Shown one piece after another: positions 30,806-45,411 of a stretch of 64,000 nucleotides of DNA. The translations under genes were made by a program, and so were the position numbers. The notes beneath the pieces are model-generated. The model was not told the origin of the DNA. It saw only the letters and a list, made by a program, of their open reading frames with translations, and did not search any database. This DNA comes from Amoebidium appalachense (taxonomy: Eukaryota > Protista > Ichthyosporea), in assembly GCA_963693365.1 (NCBI GenBank), contig CAVNZM010000008.1, positions 9,732,293-9,796,292 on the forward strand. The letters are read 5' to 3'. Every line of letters starts with the position of its first letter. Position 1 is the first letter of the stretch.

Positions 30806-31045
30806 TGAACCACTTGAACCACCTGAACCACTGAACCAGGGGGTAAATCACCCCCTCCAGAAATATACTCGAGGTTGGTGTTTGTGTCTGTTCTCTGCTG
30901 GATTACAAAAACAGTGGTTCAGAGTGGTTCAAGTGGTTCACTCTATTAGAATTGGGTCAAAATGTCAAGTTTTAATATAAGAAATCGGAAAACCGCGAAC
31001 CACTGCGAACCACTGACCGGCAGTATGAAAAGATGTAGTGGTTCA
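30806..31045. repeat. Iteron-like block B (GAACCAC direct, GTGGTTC inverted) upstream of the helicase
   Basis: TGAACCA x4 at 30806-30838, GTGGTTCA x3 at 30914-30940, GAACCAC x2 at ~30997-31013, with an AT-rich spacer. Confidence 0.75.
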
Positions 31046-31203
31046 GCCCCTCTTTTTGTTATTATCAGTTACAATGATCAGCAAGTGTGGATCCGACCAA
31101 GAGAGAGTAGTAGTACAGACTGGCACCTTTTGGATGTGTTGCTTCCTTTTATACCTTTGAGGTGGGGTGTGAAAGTTGAGATTTTTTCTTGTGGCCTACA
31201 GTG

Positions 31204-31347
31204 ATGGCCACCTACAACGAGGCGTTCGTCAGAGACAAATTGGCACGGATCGAGGCGAACCCCACATCGGAAAGAACAATGGCGTACCATTTCAACAAAA
31301 GCAAGGTCTTGGACTTTGATGCAAATTGTCTGGTCGATGATCAATAA
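31204..31347 (+). pseudogene. Internally deleted nuclease paralog (47 aa)
   Basis: MATYNEAFVRDKLARIE matches the N-termini of the 27413 and 31416 genes. Confidence 0.55.
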
Positions 31348-31415
31348 ATGACCCCACCGAAGGGGCGGGGGGGGGGGCACGTGAGGCACGCGTATTTTTC
31401 TGCGCACTGTACAGG

Positions 31416-31772
31416 ATGTCTGCGGTAGGCTACGACGAGGCGTTCGTACGCGAGCGACTGGCCGAGCTCGAGGACGGGGTGTGCGGGGTGCCCACTCGGG
31501 CCGGCCGGATTGACGTGCTGACGAGCACGCAGGTCATCGAGGTGCAGCGTGTGTCGCAGTGGAAGACGGCGATCGGAAACGTGCTCGCATACAGCCACTA
31601 CTACCCCGACCGCCAACCGAGGATCCACCTGTTCGACTATGCGCCGGCAGACGTGTACAGGATTGCCGTGCAAACCATCACGTCGCTCAACATCACGCTT
31701 ACAACCGAAGAGGACACGTTGCAGCTGATTTGGGGGGACGACGCGGGCAAAGACGTAAAAGACGAAAAATAA
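31416..31772 (+). CDS. Stand-alone PD-(D/E)XK-like nuclease domain (catalytic K replaced by Q)
   Basis: GRIDVLTSTQVIEVQRVSQWKTAIGNVLAY; paralog of 27413..28080. Confidence 0.75.
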   Translation: MSAVGYDEAFVRERLAELEDGVCGVPTRAGRIDVLTSTQVIEVQRVSQWKTAIGNVLAYSHYYPDRQPRIHLFDYAPADVYRIAVQTITSLNITLTTEEDTLQLIWGDDAGKDVKDEK

Positions 31773-31867
31773 ATAAAGAAGCCATGGGCAAAAAGTCAAA
31801 GCAGCGCAGAGTTGGCCAATAAACGGTCAAAGCTAGCGCGAAGTAGTGAATATTCAACGAAGCTAGC

Positions 31868-33580
<1,713 letters not shown>

Positions 33581-33584
33581 CCCC

Positions 33585-33618
<34 letters not shown>

Positions 33619-33673
33619 TCCTCCCATCTACCCGCACAACCCCAACCCCACATTATATCGTGCACCGGGTAAC

Positions 33674-34066
33674 ATGGACGCTGGCGCACCCCTTCCCCCA
33701 CCCAGCCCATTCGCACCCCCTCCCCCGATCCGCACAAGCCCGCGCAGCACCCCCGGGCCCTCCCCCATCCTACTGGCCATCCTGGCCGGCCTGATCCTCT
33801 ACGTGCTCTGGGACACGTTCAGCCCACGTGTGCGGCGGCGCCTGGCGGTGCTCAAGTGCCAGCGCGCGTGCCCAATGTGTGCCAGCTGCGGCAGCTGCGT
33901 TCCCCGCTGCAAGTGTGCGCACTGCCCCCGCTGCCACGTGTGCGGTGCCAGCCCCGCCCGGTGCGCACAGTGCCCCGCATGCACGCGCTGCCCGCCCGAG
34001 CAGAAGTGCCCGGCGTGCCCCACGTGTGCGCATGCGCCTGCGGTGGTGATCAAGGAGCGCACTTGA
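33674..34066 (+). CDS. TM protein with CxxC-repeat (metal-binding-like) tail
   Basis: ILLAILAGLILYVLW followed by multiple CPxC/CxxC motifs. Confidence 0.7.
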   Translation: MDAGAPLPPPSPFAPPPPIRTSPRSTPGPSPILLAILAGLILYVLWDTFSPRVRRRLAVLKCQRACPMCASCGSCVPRCKCAHCPRCHVCGASPARCAQCPACTRCPPEQKCPACPTCAHAPAVVIKERT

Positions 34067-34102
34067 AGGGTTGGGTGAGCAGAGATTTTTGTGGCATAGA
34101 GT

Positions 34103-34363
34103 ATGGCGTACCGATGGGAGTACAAGCTGAAGGAGGAGCCCGGCAAGGCACCCGTGGTGCAGGCAACTATTGTGCCGACCGAGGCCACCACCCGGCGGAC
34201 GCAGATGGAGCAACGAGTATATGCACAAGAGCTTGCGGAAAAGGGCTATATAGATCTGCCCGATGAGTTGGCGGAGAAGTGTGGATTCAAGAAGTGGGTG
34301 CCCAAGAATCAACGACAGACAGCAATTGTACTGCAGAAGATGATGGAGCCTGAGGATGCATAG
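34103..34363 (+). CDS. Small hypothetical protein
   Basis: 86-aa ATG ORF with viral-type codon usage. Confidence 0.55.
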   Translation: MAYRWEYKLKEEPGKAPVVQATIVPTEATTRRTQMEQRVYAQELAEKGYIDLPDELAEKCGFKKWVPKNQRQTAIVLQKMMEPEDA

Positions 34364-34568
34364 AGACCTACACAAGCCAAAGGATGAATGGACTCACACC
34401 ACAAACATGGAAAATGTAAATGACGAGAGAATCTCCACAAACATGGAAAATGTAAATGACGAGAGAATCTGTTGGGATGTTTAATTTTGATGAGCTGGAG
34501 TCTATCTCCCCCCCCCCCTCCCCCTCCCCTACACCGTTCAATGAAAACTTGGTAGCATGTGTATCATT

Positions 34569-34880
<312 letters not shown>

Positions 34881-35297
34881 CAATGTACGTGCCAGTGTGC
34901 TCGTACACAGATTGAAAAGGAGACTTGGGGTATATTAAATGGAGTCTCTCCCGCTACCACGGGCAAATACATTCAATAGTCATTACGGAAACTTGGTACT
35001 GTTACCGGGCAAATACAATATACATGAAAATTTGGATAAGATTGAAGCAGATCACATTCGAATAAACATTACAGAAAACTTGGTATGAAAACTTTGTACC
35101 ACGTCTTTCCTCCACCACACCCATCACAAACCCTAAGTAAGATGTGAATGTGGGGCCTACCCGCCGCCACCACCACAACTACGTTTCCCCCACCGCACCC
35201 ACCACAAACCCTAAGTAAGATGTGAATGTGGGGCCTACCCGCCGCCACCACCACAACTACGTTTCCCCCACCGCACCCACCACAAACCATGTGTGGT

Positions 35298-35639
35298 CTA
35301 CCCACTCAAAAGCTCCTCCTCGAACTGCTCAAGCTCCTCCTCGAACTGCTCGATGTCAGCCTTGTACTTCTCTCTCAGCTTTTTCCACTGTGCATGGGAC
35401 ACCTGTGGGTTGATAGTTGGGTGTAAGTAGTAGTCCAGCCAGGTGATTTGTTTATGCAAGGCTCAGACATCACTGTATGCCATTACCTCAAACACACCCA
35501 CGCACCCACCAATACACCACCATGGCACACACCCACAGGAAACGAACTCCTACGTGTGGACCAGGTCAAGAAAAACTCTGCAAGGACTCAAAAAACCGTT
35601 TTTACGAACCCCTACATGTAATTGTGAATGCTAGGGCAT

Positions 35640-35697
<58 letters not shown>

Positions 35698-35741
35698 TGT
35701 TTTTTTGTTTGTTGTTTTTTTTGGTTTGTTTTTTTTGGTTT

Positions 35742-35781
<40 letters not shown>

Positions 35782-38322
35782 GGGGGGGGGGGGTACCTCG
35801 AAAACGAGTTCCCTGTCAGTGTAGCCACACGTGCATGCCGGGGGGGGCTTCTTGCCAGCGACCACAAGCCAGTTGACCGTGGCAAAATTTACCGCCTCGG
35901 CCAAGCTGCTACCAGCAGCATACCCAAAGTGGTATGCTCCAGGCAAGGTGCAGATGACCTCACCGGCGTGCTGAACCGTGCGCTGCACGGGGATGCCCTT
36001 CTTCATCAAATAACGGGGGTGGATGAACACAGACTGCCCCACCCAAATGTTAGTCATATGAAAACCCGGGTGGTCGTTTTTGTAAGTGCTTTTTTGGTTC
36101 TTGTTCTTCACGTCTGTGTCTACCACTTGTTCTTCACGTCTGTGTCTACCACTTGTTCTTCACGTCTGTATCTACCACTCCCTCTCTCCCTCTTCTTGTT
36201 CGTCCTCTGTTACTGTGTGTGTGTGGTCGTTTTTTTTTTATTGTTTTTTTTTTATTGTTTTTTTTTTTTTTTTTTTTTTTTTGGTGGGGGGGCCTACCTT
36301 ATGCTGTGTGACTTTCTTACAGATACCGGCCCCCCGAAAGCTCAAGTCTCTCGTGGATATCCTCGAGGATAGACGTAACCTGTTCCTCGTACTCTGCACT
36401 GATCACGAACCAGATTTTCTCTCCTGGCCCACGGACCATGATGTTGACACTCCCAAGTAGAAGGTCTTCTGTGTGGAGCACAATCGGACCCCCAGTCGTG
36501 ACACTGCAAAGAGGCATGGGATTAGTTGGGGCTAAAACAGTAATTACTTCCGACTAGATGTGGCCCAATACATTCCGAAAAGACCGACCCATACACACAC
36601 CCAGGATGGTTCTGTGAACATAAGGGGCGTTCTGCAAGCCTGCCTTTTTCCTTTGTTTAATTATTTGTTGTTTTTTTTTTGGGGGGGGGGGGGGCATACT
36701 TATAGAGCATCGGTGTTGAGATGCCCACACGATCTTTGAATTCTCTTGATACTATTGAGTCAAGCGTCTCCAAGCTGAACATGTAGTCGATTTCTTTCTT
36801 CACCACCTGTCCCTCCTGTTAGTGCCTTCATGTTCACCATTCAACAACACACAGCATGCCTACATATACCCACCACAGTGCATCAACACAACATACACTC
36901 TCCGCTGCACACCCACGCACGCACGCATGCCTACACAACATACACCCCACGCACGCACGCATCCCTACACAACATACACTCTCCGCACAAACACACGCAC
37001 GCACGCATCCCTACACAACATACACTCTCCGCACAAACACACGCACGCACGCATCCCTACACAACATACACTCTCCGCACAAACACACGCACGCACGCAT
37101 CCCTACACAACATACACTCTCCGCACAAACACACGCACGCACGCATCCCTACACAACATACACTCTCCGCACAAACACACGCACGCACGCATCCCTATCC
37201 CCCCCCCCCCCCACAACATACACTCTCCGCACAAACACACGCACGCACGCATCCCTACACAACATCCACTCTCCGCACAAACACACGCACGCACGCATCC
37301 CTACACAACATACACTCTCCGCACAAACACACGCACGCACGCATCCCTACACAACATACACTCTCCGCACAAACACACGCACGCACGCATCCCTACACAC
37401 ACGCACACATGCCTACGCAACATACACTCTCCGCACAAACACACGCACGCACGCATGCACAACATACACTCTCTGCACAAACACACGCACGCACACATGC
37501 ACAACATACACTCTCCGCACAAACACACGCACGCACGCATGCACAACATACACTCTCTGCACAAACACACGCACGCACACATGCACAACATACACTCTCC
37601 GCACAAACACACGCACGCACGCATGCACAACATACACTCTCTGCACAAACACACGCACGCACACATGCACAACATACACTCTCCGCACAAACACACGCAC
37701 GCACACATGCACAACATCACTCTCCGCAAAAACACACACAACATACAAATCTTCGCCGCACACATACGTACCTCACTGGGTGTATGGGTGTTTTTAAGAG
37801 GCTTCAGATCTGTTCCGTAAAGGAACATTGATTTTTCACCATCCGATAGGGAGTCCAACAACCTCCAAAACTCCTCCTCCCCCACCGGATCCCCCTGCCC
37901 AATCGTGTTAGCCCCTGTTCATGGTAACCACATCCTAGTGGTTGCAAATACGCACCTCTGGAATTTGCCCTATGATGTCCTCCCTATAAACGAGGAAGAC
38001 ATCCCTGATGGTGGTAGCCTCCACCCAAATCCGGGTGTAGGATTTTCTCACTCGTGTGGCCTGAGCAGCCTTTTTCAGCCCCTGCACTACCGGCTCGGGA
38101 GGCACGAACTTGACGGCACCAGCTGCCCGAAACTCGTGTTCTTTTTCGATTGACAAAACTATCTTCTCCAAGGAGAGCTTTTCTAGATGCATTTGGCGGA
38201 GATGTGCTACGGGTACCTCGTTGAACCCCGCCACCTCCCCAGTCTCAGTGTCTTGTTGTTGCCCCCTGTCCACCTCTCCCGCTTCTTGCTCTGTGTGTGC
38301 GTGCGTGTGTGTGCGTGTGTGT

Positions 38323-38358
<36 letters not shown>

Positions 38359-38448
38359 GTGGCCGAGTGCATACATGCGTGCAGGTGCCTTCCCGTGGTG
38401 TGTGTGTGTGTGTGTGTGTGTCATGCATGCGTGCAGGTGCCTTCCCGT

Positions 38449-38480
<32 letters not shown>

Positions 38481-38506
38481 ATGCATGCGTGCAGGTGCCT
38501 TCCCGT

Positions 38507-38538
<32 letters not shown>

Positions 38539-38564
38539 ATGCATGCGTGCAGGTGCCTTCCCGT

Positions 38565-38598
<34 letters not shown>

Positions 38599-38624
38599 AT
38601 GCATGCGTGCAGGTGCCTTCCCGT

Positions 38625-38663
<39 letters not shown>

Positions 38664-38689
38664 ATGCATGCGTGCAGGTGCCTTCCCGT

Positions 38690-38721
<32 letters not shown>

Positions 38722-38807
38722 ATGCATGCGTGCAGGTGCCTTCCCGTGGTGTGTGTGTGTGTGTGTGTGTATGTGTGTGTCATGCATGCGTGCAGGTGCC
38801 TTCCCGT

Positions 38808-38839
<32 letters not shown>

Positions 38840-38865
38840 ATGCATGCGTGCAGGTGCCTTCCCGT

Positions 38866-38897
<32 letters not shown>

Positions 38898-38923
38898 ATG
38901 CATGCGTGCAGGTGCCTTCCCGT

Positions 38924-38955
<32 letters not shown>

Positions 38956-38981
38956 ATGCATGCGTGCAGGTGCCTTCCCGT

Positions 38982-39015
<34 letters not shown>

Positions 39016-39183
39016 GGGGGAGGGAGGGGGGGGGGGGGGGTTTAGCCGAGTGCATACATGCGTGCAGGTGCCTTTCCGTGGTGTGTGTGTGTGTGTGTGT
39101 GTGTCATGCATGCGTGCAGGTGCCTCCCGTGGGTGTGTGTGTGTGTGTGTGTGTGTCATGCATGCGTGCAGGTGCCTTCCCGT

Positions 39184-39218
<35 letters not shown>

Positions 39219-39298
39219 ATGCATGCGTGCAGGTGCCTTCCCGTGGTGTGTGTGTGTGTGTGTGTGTGTGTCATGCATGCGTGCAGGTGCCTTCCCGT

Positions 39299-39336
<38 letters not shown>

Positions 39337-39362
39337 ATGCATGCGTGCAGGTGCCTTCCCGT

Positions 39363-39395
<33 letters not shown>

Positions 39396-39613
39396 GGGGG
39401 GAGCCAGGGGGGGGGGGGGTTTAGCCGAGTGCATACATGCGTGCAGGTGCCTTTCCGTGGTGTGTGTGTGTGTGTGTGTGTGTCATGCATGCGTGCAGGT
39501 GCCTCCCGTGGTGTGTGTGTGTGTGTGTGTGTGTCATGCATGCGTGCAGGTGCCTTCCCGTGGTGTGTGTGTGTGTGTGTGTGTGTCATGCATGCGTGCA
39601 GGTGCCTTCCCGT

Positions 39614-39646
<33 letters not shown>

Positions 39647-39863
39647 GGGGGGAGCCAGGGGGGGGGGGGTTTAGCCGAGTGCATACATGCGTGCAGGTGC
39701 CTTTCCGTGGTGTGTGTGTGTGTGTGTGTGTGTCATGCATGCGTGCAGGTGCCTCCCGTGGTGTGTGTGTGTGTGTGTGTGTGTCATGCATGCGTGCAGG
39801 TGCCTTCCCGTGGTGTGTGTGTGTGTGTGTGTGTGTCATGCATGCGTGCAGGTGCCTTCCCGT

Positions 39864-39908
<45 letters not shown>

Positions 39909-41415
39909 GGGAGGGGGGGGGGGGGGGGGATGGGGGGTGGGATAGGCCTAGGTGCATGCATGCGTGCAGGTGCCTTCCCGTGGTGTGTGTGTGTGGGGGG
40001 GGGGGGGGGGGGATAAGCCGAGGTGCATGCATGCGTGCAGGTGCCTTCCCGTGGTGTGTGTGTGGGGGGGGGGGGGGGGGGGGGGGGGGATAAGCCGAGG
40101 TGCATGCATGCGTGCAGGTGCCTTCCCGTGGTGTGTGTGTGTGGGGGGGGGGGGGGGGGATAAGCCGAGGTGCATGCATGCGTGCAGGTGTGTGATGGCT
40201 TCAATGTGTGGGTGATGGTGGTGTAGGTGGTTGGGTAATTGGGTGGTTGGTTGTGTGTGTGTGGGGGGGGGGGGGGGGTTACCTGGCTGGAAATCCCACT
40301 CTCCCCCTTCTCCCTCTCCTCTCCACTCTCCCCCTTCTCCCTCTCCAACCCCCTCTTCCCCTTCTCCCTCTCCTCTCCACTCTCCCCCTTCTCCCTCTCC
40401 TCTCCGCTCTTCCCCTTCTCCCTCTCCTCTCCACTCTCCCCCTTCTCCCTCTCCTCTCCGCTCTCCCCCTTCTCCCTCTCCAACCCACTCTCCCCCTTCT
40501 CCCTCTCCCTCTCCACTCTCCCCCTTCTCCCTCTCCAACCCCCTCTTCCCCTTCTCCCTCTCCTCTCCACTCTCCCCCTTCTCCCTCTCCTCTCCACTCT
40601 CCCCCTTCTCCCTCTCCTCTCCACTCTCCCCCTTCACCCTCTCCAACCCCCTCTTCCCCTTCTCCCTCTCCTCTCCACTCTCCCCCTTCTCCCTCTCCAA
40701 CCCCCTCTTCCCCTTCTCCCTCTCCTCTCCACTCTCCCCCTTCTCCCTCTCCAACCCCCTCTTCCCCCTCTCCTTCATCATCACTCTTGTGGACCTCCAC
40801 TTTTGCCCGCTTTTTCGGGTGGTTAATCGTCGGGGCCGGCAGTTTGACAGCAGGTCTGTCTGGAGGGCTGCGTGCAGCCCCATCCCACCACACTTCCCAT
40901 CCGAGCCTTTTGAATATCCAAAAAATTTGTTTCTCCCCCGGCAAAGAACCCGATACTTCAGGTATGTGACTTAAGTCGTGGCTGCCACTGAAAGTGGAAA
41001 GTCGACTGAGCATCGCCGCCAAACCATCCGAGTTTCCATGATAGCTGCCAAGATCGTAAACTCTCCATTGAGGGCCACCCCATTTCAGAATCCAAGCAAT
41101 AGTCGTATTGATACCCTTGTTGTTTTCGAGTTGTTGCAACTGATATTTGTTCCTGTGATACAGACGCCCGTCGTTGAGTTCAAACAAGAAGACCGAAACA
41201 TGATCTGAATCGTTGGGTTTCACAGCGTGTAATATTGGTGCCGTCTTCTTTCTTTGATAACGATTAAAACCCTGTGGTGTGAATAGCTCTTCACCCGTAA
41301 AAATGATTGTAGGATCAGTATGTTTCGAGAATATGAATGTTGGTGGGTTTGCTTGTATGCTACTCTGGAACGCATCATTGATGAGCGCCAGAAACTGTTC
41401 GTTGGTAGCAGCCAT
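35298..41415 (-). CDS. JmjN+JmjC histone lysine demethylase (KDM4-like), 7 exons: 41415-40283, 38290-37956, 37894-37772, 36806-36700, 36503-36298, 36033-35797, 35402-35298
   Basis: JmjN EVPV...AGAVKFVPP; EFW...YGTD; GISTPMLY; LHTED...SVN...GEKIWF; C...QHK; VQHAGEVICTLPGAYHFG...AEAVNFA...W; CTC. All introns are GT-AG and several have CTAAY branch sites. The model needs single-base corrections at ~40505 and ~36330. Confidence 0.9.
36870..37730. repeat. Intronic 43/39-bp minisatellite
   Basis: ACAACATACACTCTCCGCACAAACACACGCACGCACGCATCCCTAC-type units. Confidence 0.95.
38360..40190. repeat. Intronic minisatellite: constant CATGCATGCGTGCAGGTGCCTTCCCGTG plus variable (GT)n or poly-G
   Basis: About 30 units read directly. 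Confidence 0.95.
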
Positions 41416-41508
41416 GTTGTTTGTGTGTATTTTGTGTTTGATTGTGAGCTTTTTCTCGTCTGCGAGCGCGCTTGCTATGTGCTTGTGCCACTGCTGCGCT
41501 CGCGCTCG

Positions 41509-41567
<59 letters not shown>

Positions 41568-42454
41568 CTGCCTGTGTGCTTGTGCCACTGCTGCGCTCGC
41601 GTCTAGTCTACAATGTGTGTGTTTAAAATGTGTCGGGAAAAACGTGAAGGAAATTCTACGTGTCTGTATTCAAAGAAGAAAAGGCAGCTAAAAGCGCGAC
41701 GTGCACAGACTAACAGGTCTGTGTTCTCGTTCTTTGTTTTGACTCTGGCCTGCTTGCAACGTAAACAGTTTCAGCGCCGGGGTGCAAGTGACACGAACTG
41801 AAGTGGCGCGCTTCAATCATGTCATTGAAATGATAGCTGACCAATCAATAGTTTGTCCTGTTTGCCCAATTGCAAAATGGAATGTGTATTGGGCAATACT
41901 CGGCGCGCGTACGTGATAACTGGCCAATCAGTAAGATCGTTTCGCCGACCCGGCTGCCCCTCTGCGTAGCCAAATTTGTGGCTAATTAAGTGTTATAACT
42001 TAGCAATAAAAATAATATACCCAAAATGATTAATTTATATTTATTATGCAAATATTTGCTTAGAAATTTGTGTGGAAAGCGTTTTCTGAAACCAGTCTAC
42101 GAAAAGCCTTTAGGATTTGCAACATCGTATCAAATTGGCTAATCAGATCATGCCATGGCCGACACGCGTTTGCCCTTAGTACCAGTGCCCGATAGCCCCT
42201 ATCCAACAATCACTGAATGATTCGCGTGCATTTGGGAATATTCGCGCCCGTGATAACTGGCTTATCAACTCGGCTGCTAATTATAGTATTACCGCCCTTG
42301 CTCCCCAGGACCCTTCCGCGAAGCAATATATATCGCTAATATGTACCAATAAATACCAAAAGCACCAAAATAAATTGATTATACACTTTCTTAATACAAA
42401 AATTATGTGTGGAAAGCGTTTTGTGAATCCGGCATCTGAAGAGCCGATGGGGCA

Positions 42455-42775
42455 CTTGGCCAATCAGATTATGACATGCGCTGCCTGGAGTGCCAGTGCC
42501 CTATCACGTGGATCCAACTGTTATACACCAATCAGAGCACGGAGAAGTCCGCGAATGAGATGGCCAATCAGATTATGAAATTCGCTGCCTGGAGTGCCAG
42601 TGCCCTATCACTGACGTGGATCCAACTGTTATACACCAATCAGAGCACAAAGAAGTCCGCGAATGAGATGACCATTGGACAATCAGATTATGAAATTCGC
42701 TGCCTGGAGTGCCAGTGCCCGATCACTGACGTGGATCCAACAATCAGAGCACCAAGAAGTCCGCGAATGAGATGC
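42455..42775. promoter_or_regulatory. Three ~110-bp tandem units, each with (C)CAATCAG boxes, between divergent genes
   Basis: Repeated CCAATCAGA...GTGGATCCAAC...CCAATCAGAGC. The regulatory role is inferred. Confidence 0.5.
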
Positions 42776-42785
42776 TATTGGATAT

Positions 42786-42842
<57 letters not shown>

Positions 42843-43513
42843 GTGTGTGCGTGTGTGTGTGCGTGCGTGTGTGAGCTGTGTGTGCAAAAAGAGGGGAAAT
42901 AAGCGCTGCATACAAAAGCCCCGAAGTGGAGTATACGACAAACCCAGCGCCCAAGCTTCATACCCAAAGTGGATACAATAAAAAGACAGTTGCTGTGTGT
43001 GCAAAGCTGTGTGTGCAAAAAGAGGGGAAATAAGCGCTGCATACAAAAGCCCCGAAGTGGAGTATACGACAAACCCAGCGCCAGCGCTTCATACCCAAAG
43101 TGGATACAATATTTTACATCTCATGCACTACAAGGCTTGGCAAAGCTTGGTCCTCGGTCCTCAGTCCTCAATGGATCCCCTTATAAGAACATTTTGCTTC
43201 TAAAAATCATCGGTGATGGCCTTTTTGATCAGTTCACAGCCGCGTTTGCACATGAATGAATTTTGCTTTATTTTGGCTTTGTGTAAGAGGTTTTTTTCAG
43301 TTCACGGTGTGTTTGCACGCGATAGAATTTTCGTTTGCTTTGCTTTTTGTAAATAATTCAGTGACGACTTTTTTTGTTCGTATCTCTATTTCAGTGACGA
43401 CTTTTTTTTGTTCGTATCTTTTTTTTTTTGGGAAGAAGTGTCTGACTCTGACCTCCACGTTTTTCTAGGTAGTCTTTTCTATTTCACATTCCCCTCTTTT
43501 GAATTTGTGAACC

Positions 43514-44864
43514 ATGGATAGCGCCTCGCAAATGGTCGGGCAAAGCACAAACCCCGCCGACCCCACCGACCCCAAAAAGGGCACCCCCACCGACCCCACC
43601 GACCCCACCGACAAAAAGGGCACCCCCGCCGACCCCGCCGACCCCACCGACAAAAAGGGCACCCCCGCCGACCCCGCTGACCCCACCGACAAAAAGGGCA
43701 CCCCCGCCGACCCCGCCGACCCCACCGACAAAAAGGGCACCCCCGCCGACCCCGCTGACCCCACCGACAAAAAGGGCACCCCCGCCGACCCCGCCGACCC
43801 CACCGACAAAAAGGGCACCCCCGCCGACCCCACCGACAAGGACGTTTCTTCGGCTCCCATCGACCATAGACTTATGGAAGCACTACAGGCAGAAATGACA
43901 TTGCAACTTAGTCAGGCTTTAGCCTCACTTGGCGTGACATCTGTGCCTGCTACACCCACCACCGCCGCCACCACCACCTTACTCGAATACAAAGAGAAAT
44001 ATGAAAATGCGGAGAAAGCGTTGCAAACGGTGAAAGATGAAAACAAACGGTTGACAGAAACGATTAGAGAGGTCAAAGAAGCAGCAGTCAAAGATAAATA
44101 TACTGCTTCTGCAACGAACAACCTGTTGGCTGAGAGGGTTCAGGAACTCGAAGCTCGGCTCATTAGTGAGACGGCCGAAAAGTTATCCTTGCAGGATGAG
44201 GTGGCCTGGCAGAAGGAGGAAAATGCAAAAGTCGAGTCAGAGATGGCAGACCTGCAGAAAACCTATCGAAAGACAGTCAAGGAGAGCACACAAAAACTGC
44301 TTTTGGGCCTGAAACGCTCCCCCCATACATCCGACGTGGAGATACTCCCCCCCCCCCCCTCTAGCGCTACCCAATCCGGTCGTTCATCCGTTGCCCGCCC
44401 CCACCAACGTCCTATTCAGAGTGCCCCCGCTCGCATAGACCCCATGATGTCCAATCCCCACACACAAACATCCGACGTCGAGGAGATACTCCCCCCCCCC
44501 CCCCTCTAGCGCTACCCAATCCGGTCGTTCATCCGTTGCCCGCCCCCACCAACGTCCTATTCAGAGTGCCCCCGCTCGCACAGACCCCATGATGTCCAGT
44601 CCCCACACAAAAACCGGGCTCGGGCTGAAGAGGGGGGCGGATTCAGGTGGGAATGTGCCCAAACGGTTCCGGGGCGGAGAGAGAGAAAGGCCCAAGGAAT
44701 CAATAGATAAGATTCTCGACGAAGCAGCCAGAGAGGAGGATGAGAAGAAGCGGAAAGAAAGCAGTCGTGCAGGGCAGGGCAAGAAAGAAAGACCATCGGG
44801 CAAGAAAACGGTGCTCCGCACACGGAGGCCTGTGACTTCCAGTGACGATGACCATTCGGTCTGA
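43514..44864 (+). CDS. Repeat/coiled-coil protein (PTDKKGTPADPAD repeats, basic-acidic tail); +1 frameshift in C-run at ~44491-44504
   Basis: ORF 43514..44509 continues into 44589..44864. An internal ~140-bp duplication differs by one C. Confidence 0.7.
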
Positions 44865-44869
44865 AAGAC

Positions 44870-44917
44870 TTTGTGTGTGTTTTTTTTGTTTTGTTTTTTT
44901 TTTGTTTTTTTTTTTGT

Positions 44918-44952
<35 letters not shown>

Positions 44953-45048
44953 CTTCGACTATGTTACATGGCAGAGCCTAAGACGTTGGAGTGATGCCGT
45001 GTGAAATGTGGAAAAATATAGACTTGGCTATGAAACACGGAAAGCATT

Positions 45049-45087
<39 letters not shown>

Positions 45088-45282
45088 GGGGGGGGGGGGG
45101 GGGCTTCGACTATGTTACATGGCAGAGCCTAGGACGTGGGAGTGATGCCGTGTGAAATCTGGAAAAATATAGACTTGAAAGCATTGTTTTTTTTTTTTGG
45201 TTTTTGTTTTTTTTTTTTTTTTTTTTTTTTTTTGGGGGGGGGGGGGGGGGGGCTTCGACTATGTTACATGGCAGAGCCTACG
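44870..45282. repeat. 3 copies of poly-T/poly-G + GGCTTCGACTATGTTACATGGCAGAGCCTA
   Basis: Direct reading. Confidence 0.9.
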
Positions 45283-45411
45283 GTTTCTGTATAATGTATA
45301 GGTAGAAGTTTTGGGATTTCTCTTTACAATCGGTTGGAGATGGATTTTATAAAAAGAAATCCAGTGTTATCTGAATCTGTGCTTACCCCACATGCTTGTA
45401 TACACAGACGT

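Noticed and set aside
38360-40190. CRISPR-like array (constant ~28-nt repeat with variable spacers)
   Set aside because: Spacers are only (GT)n or poly-G, the array lies within a GT-AG intron, and there are no cas genes. It is a minisatellite.
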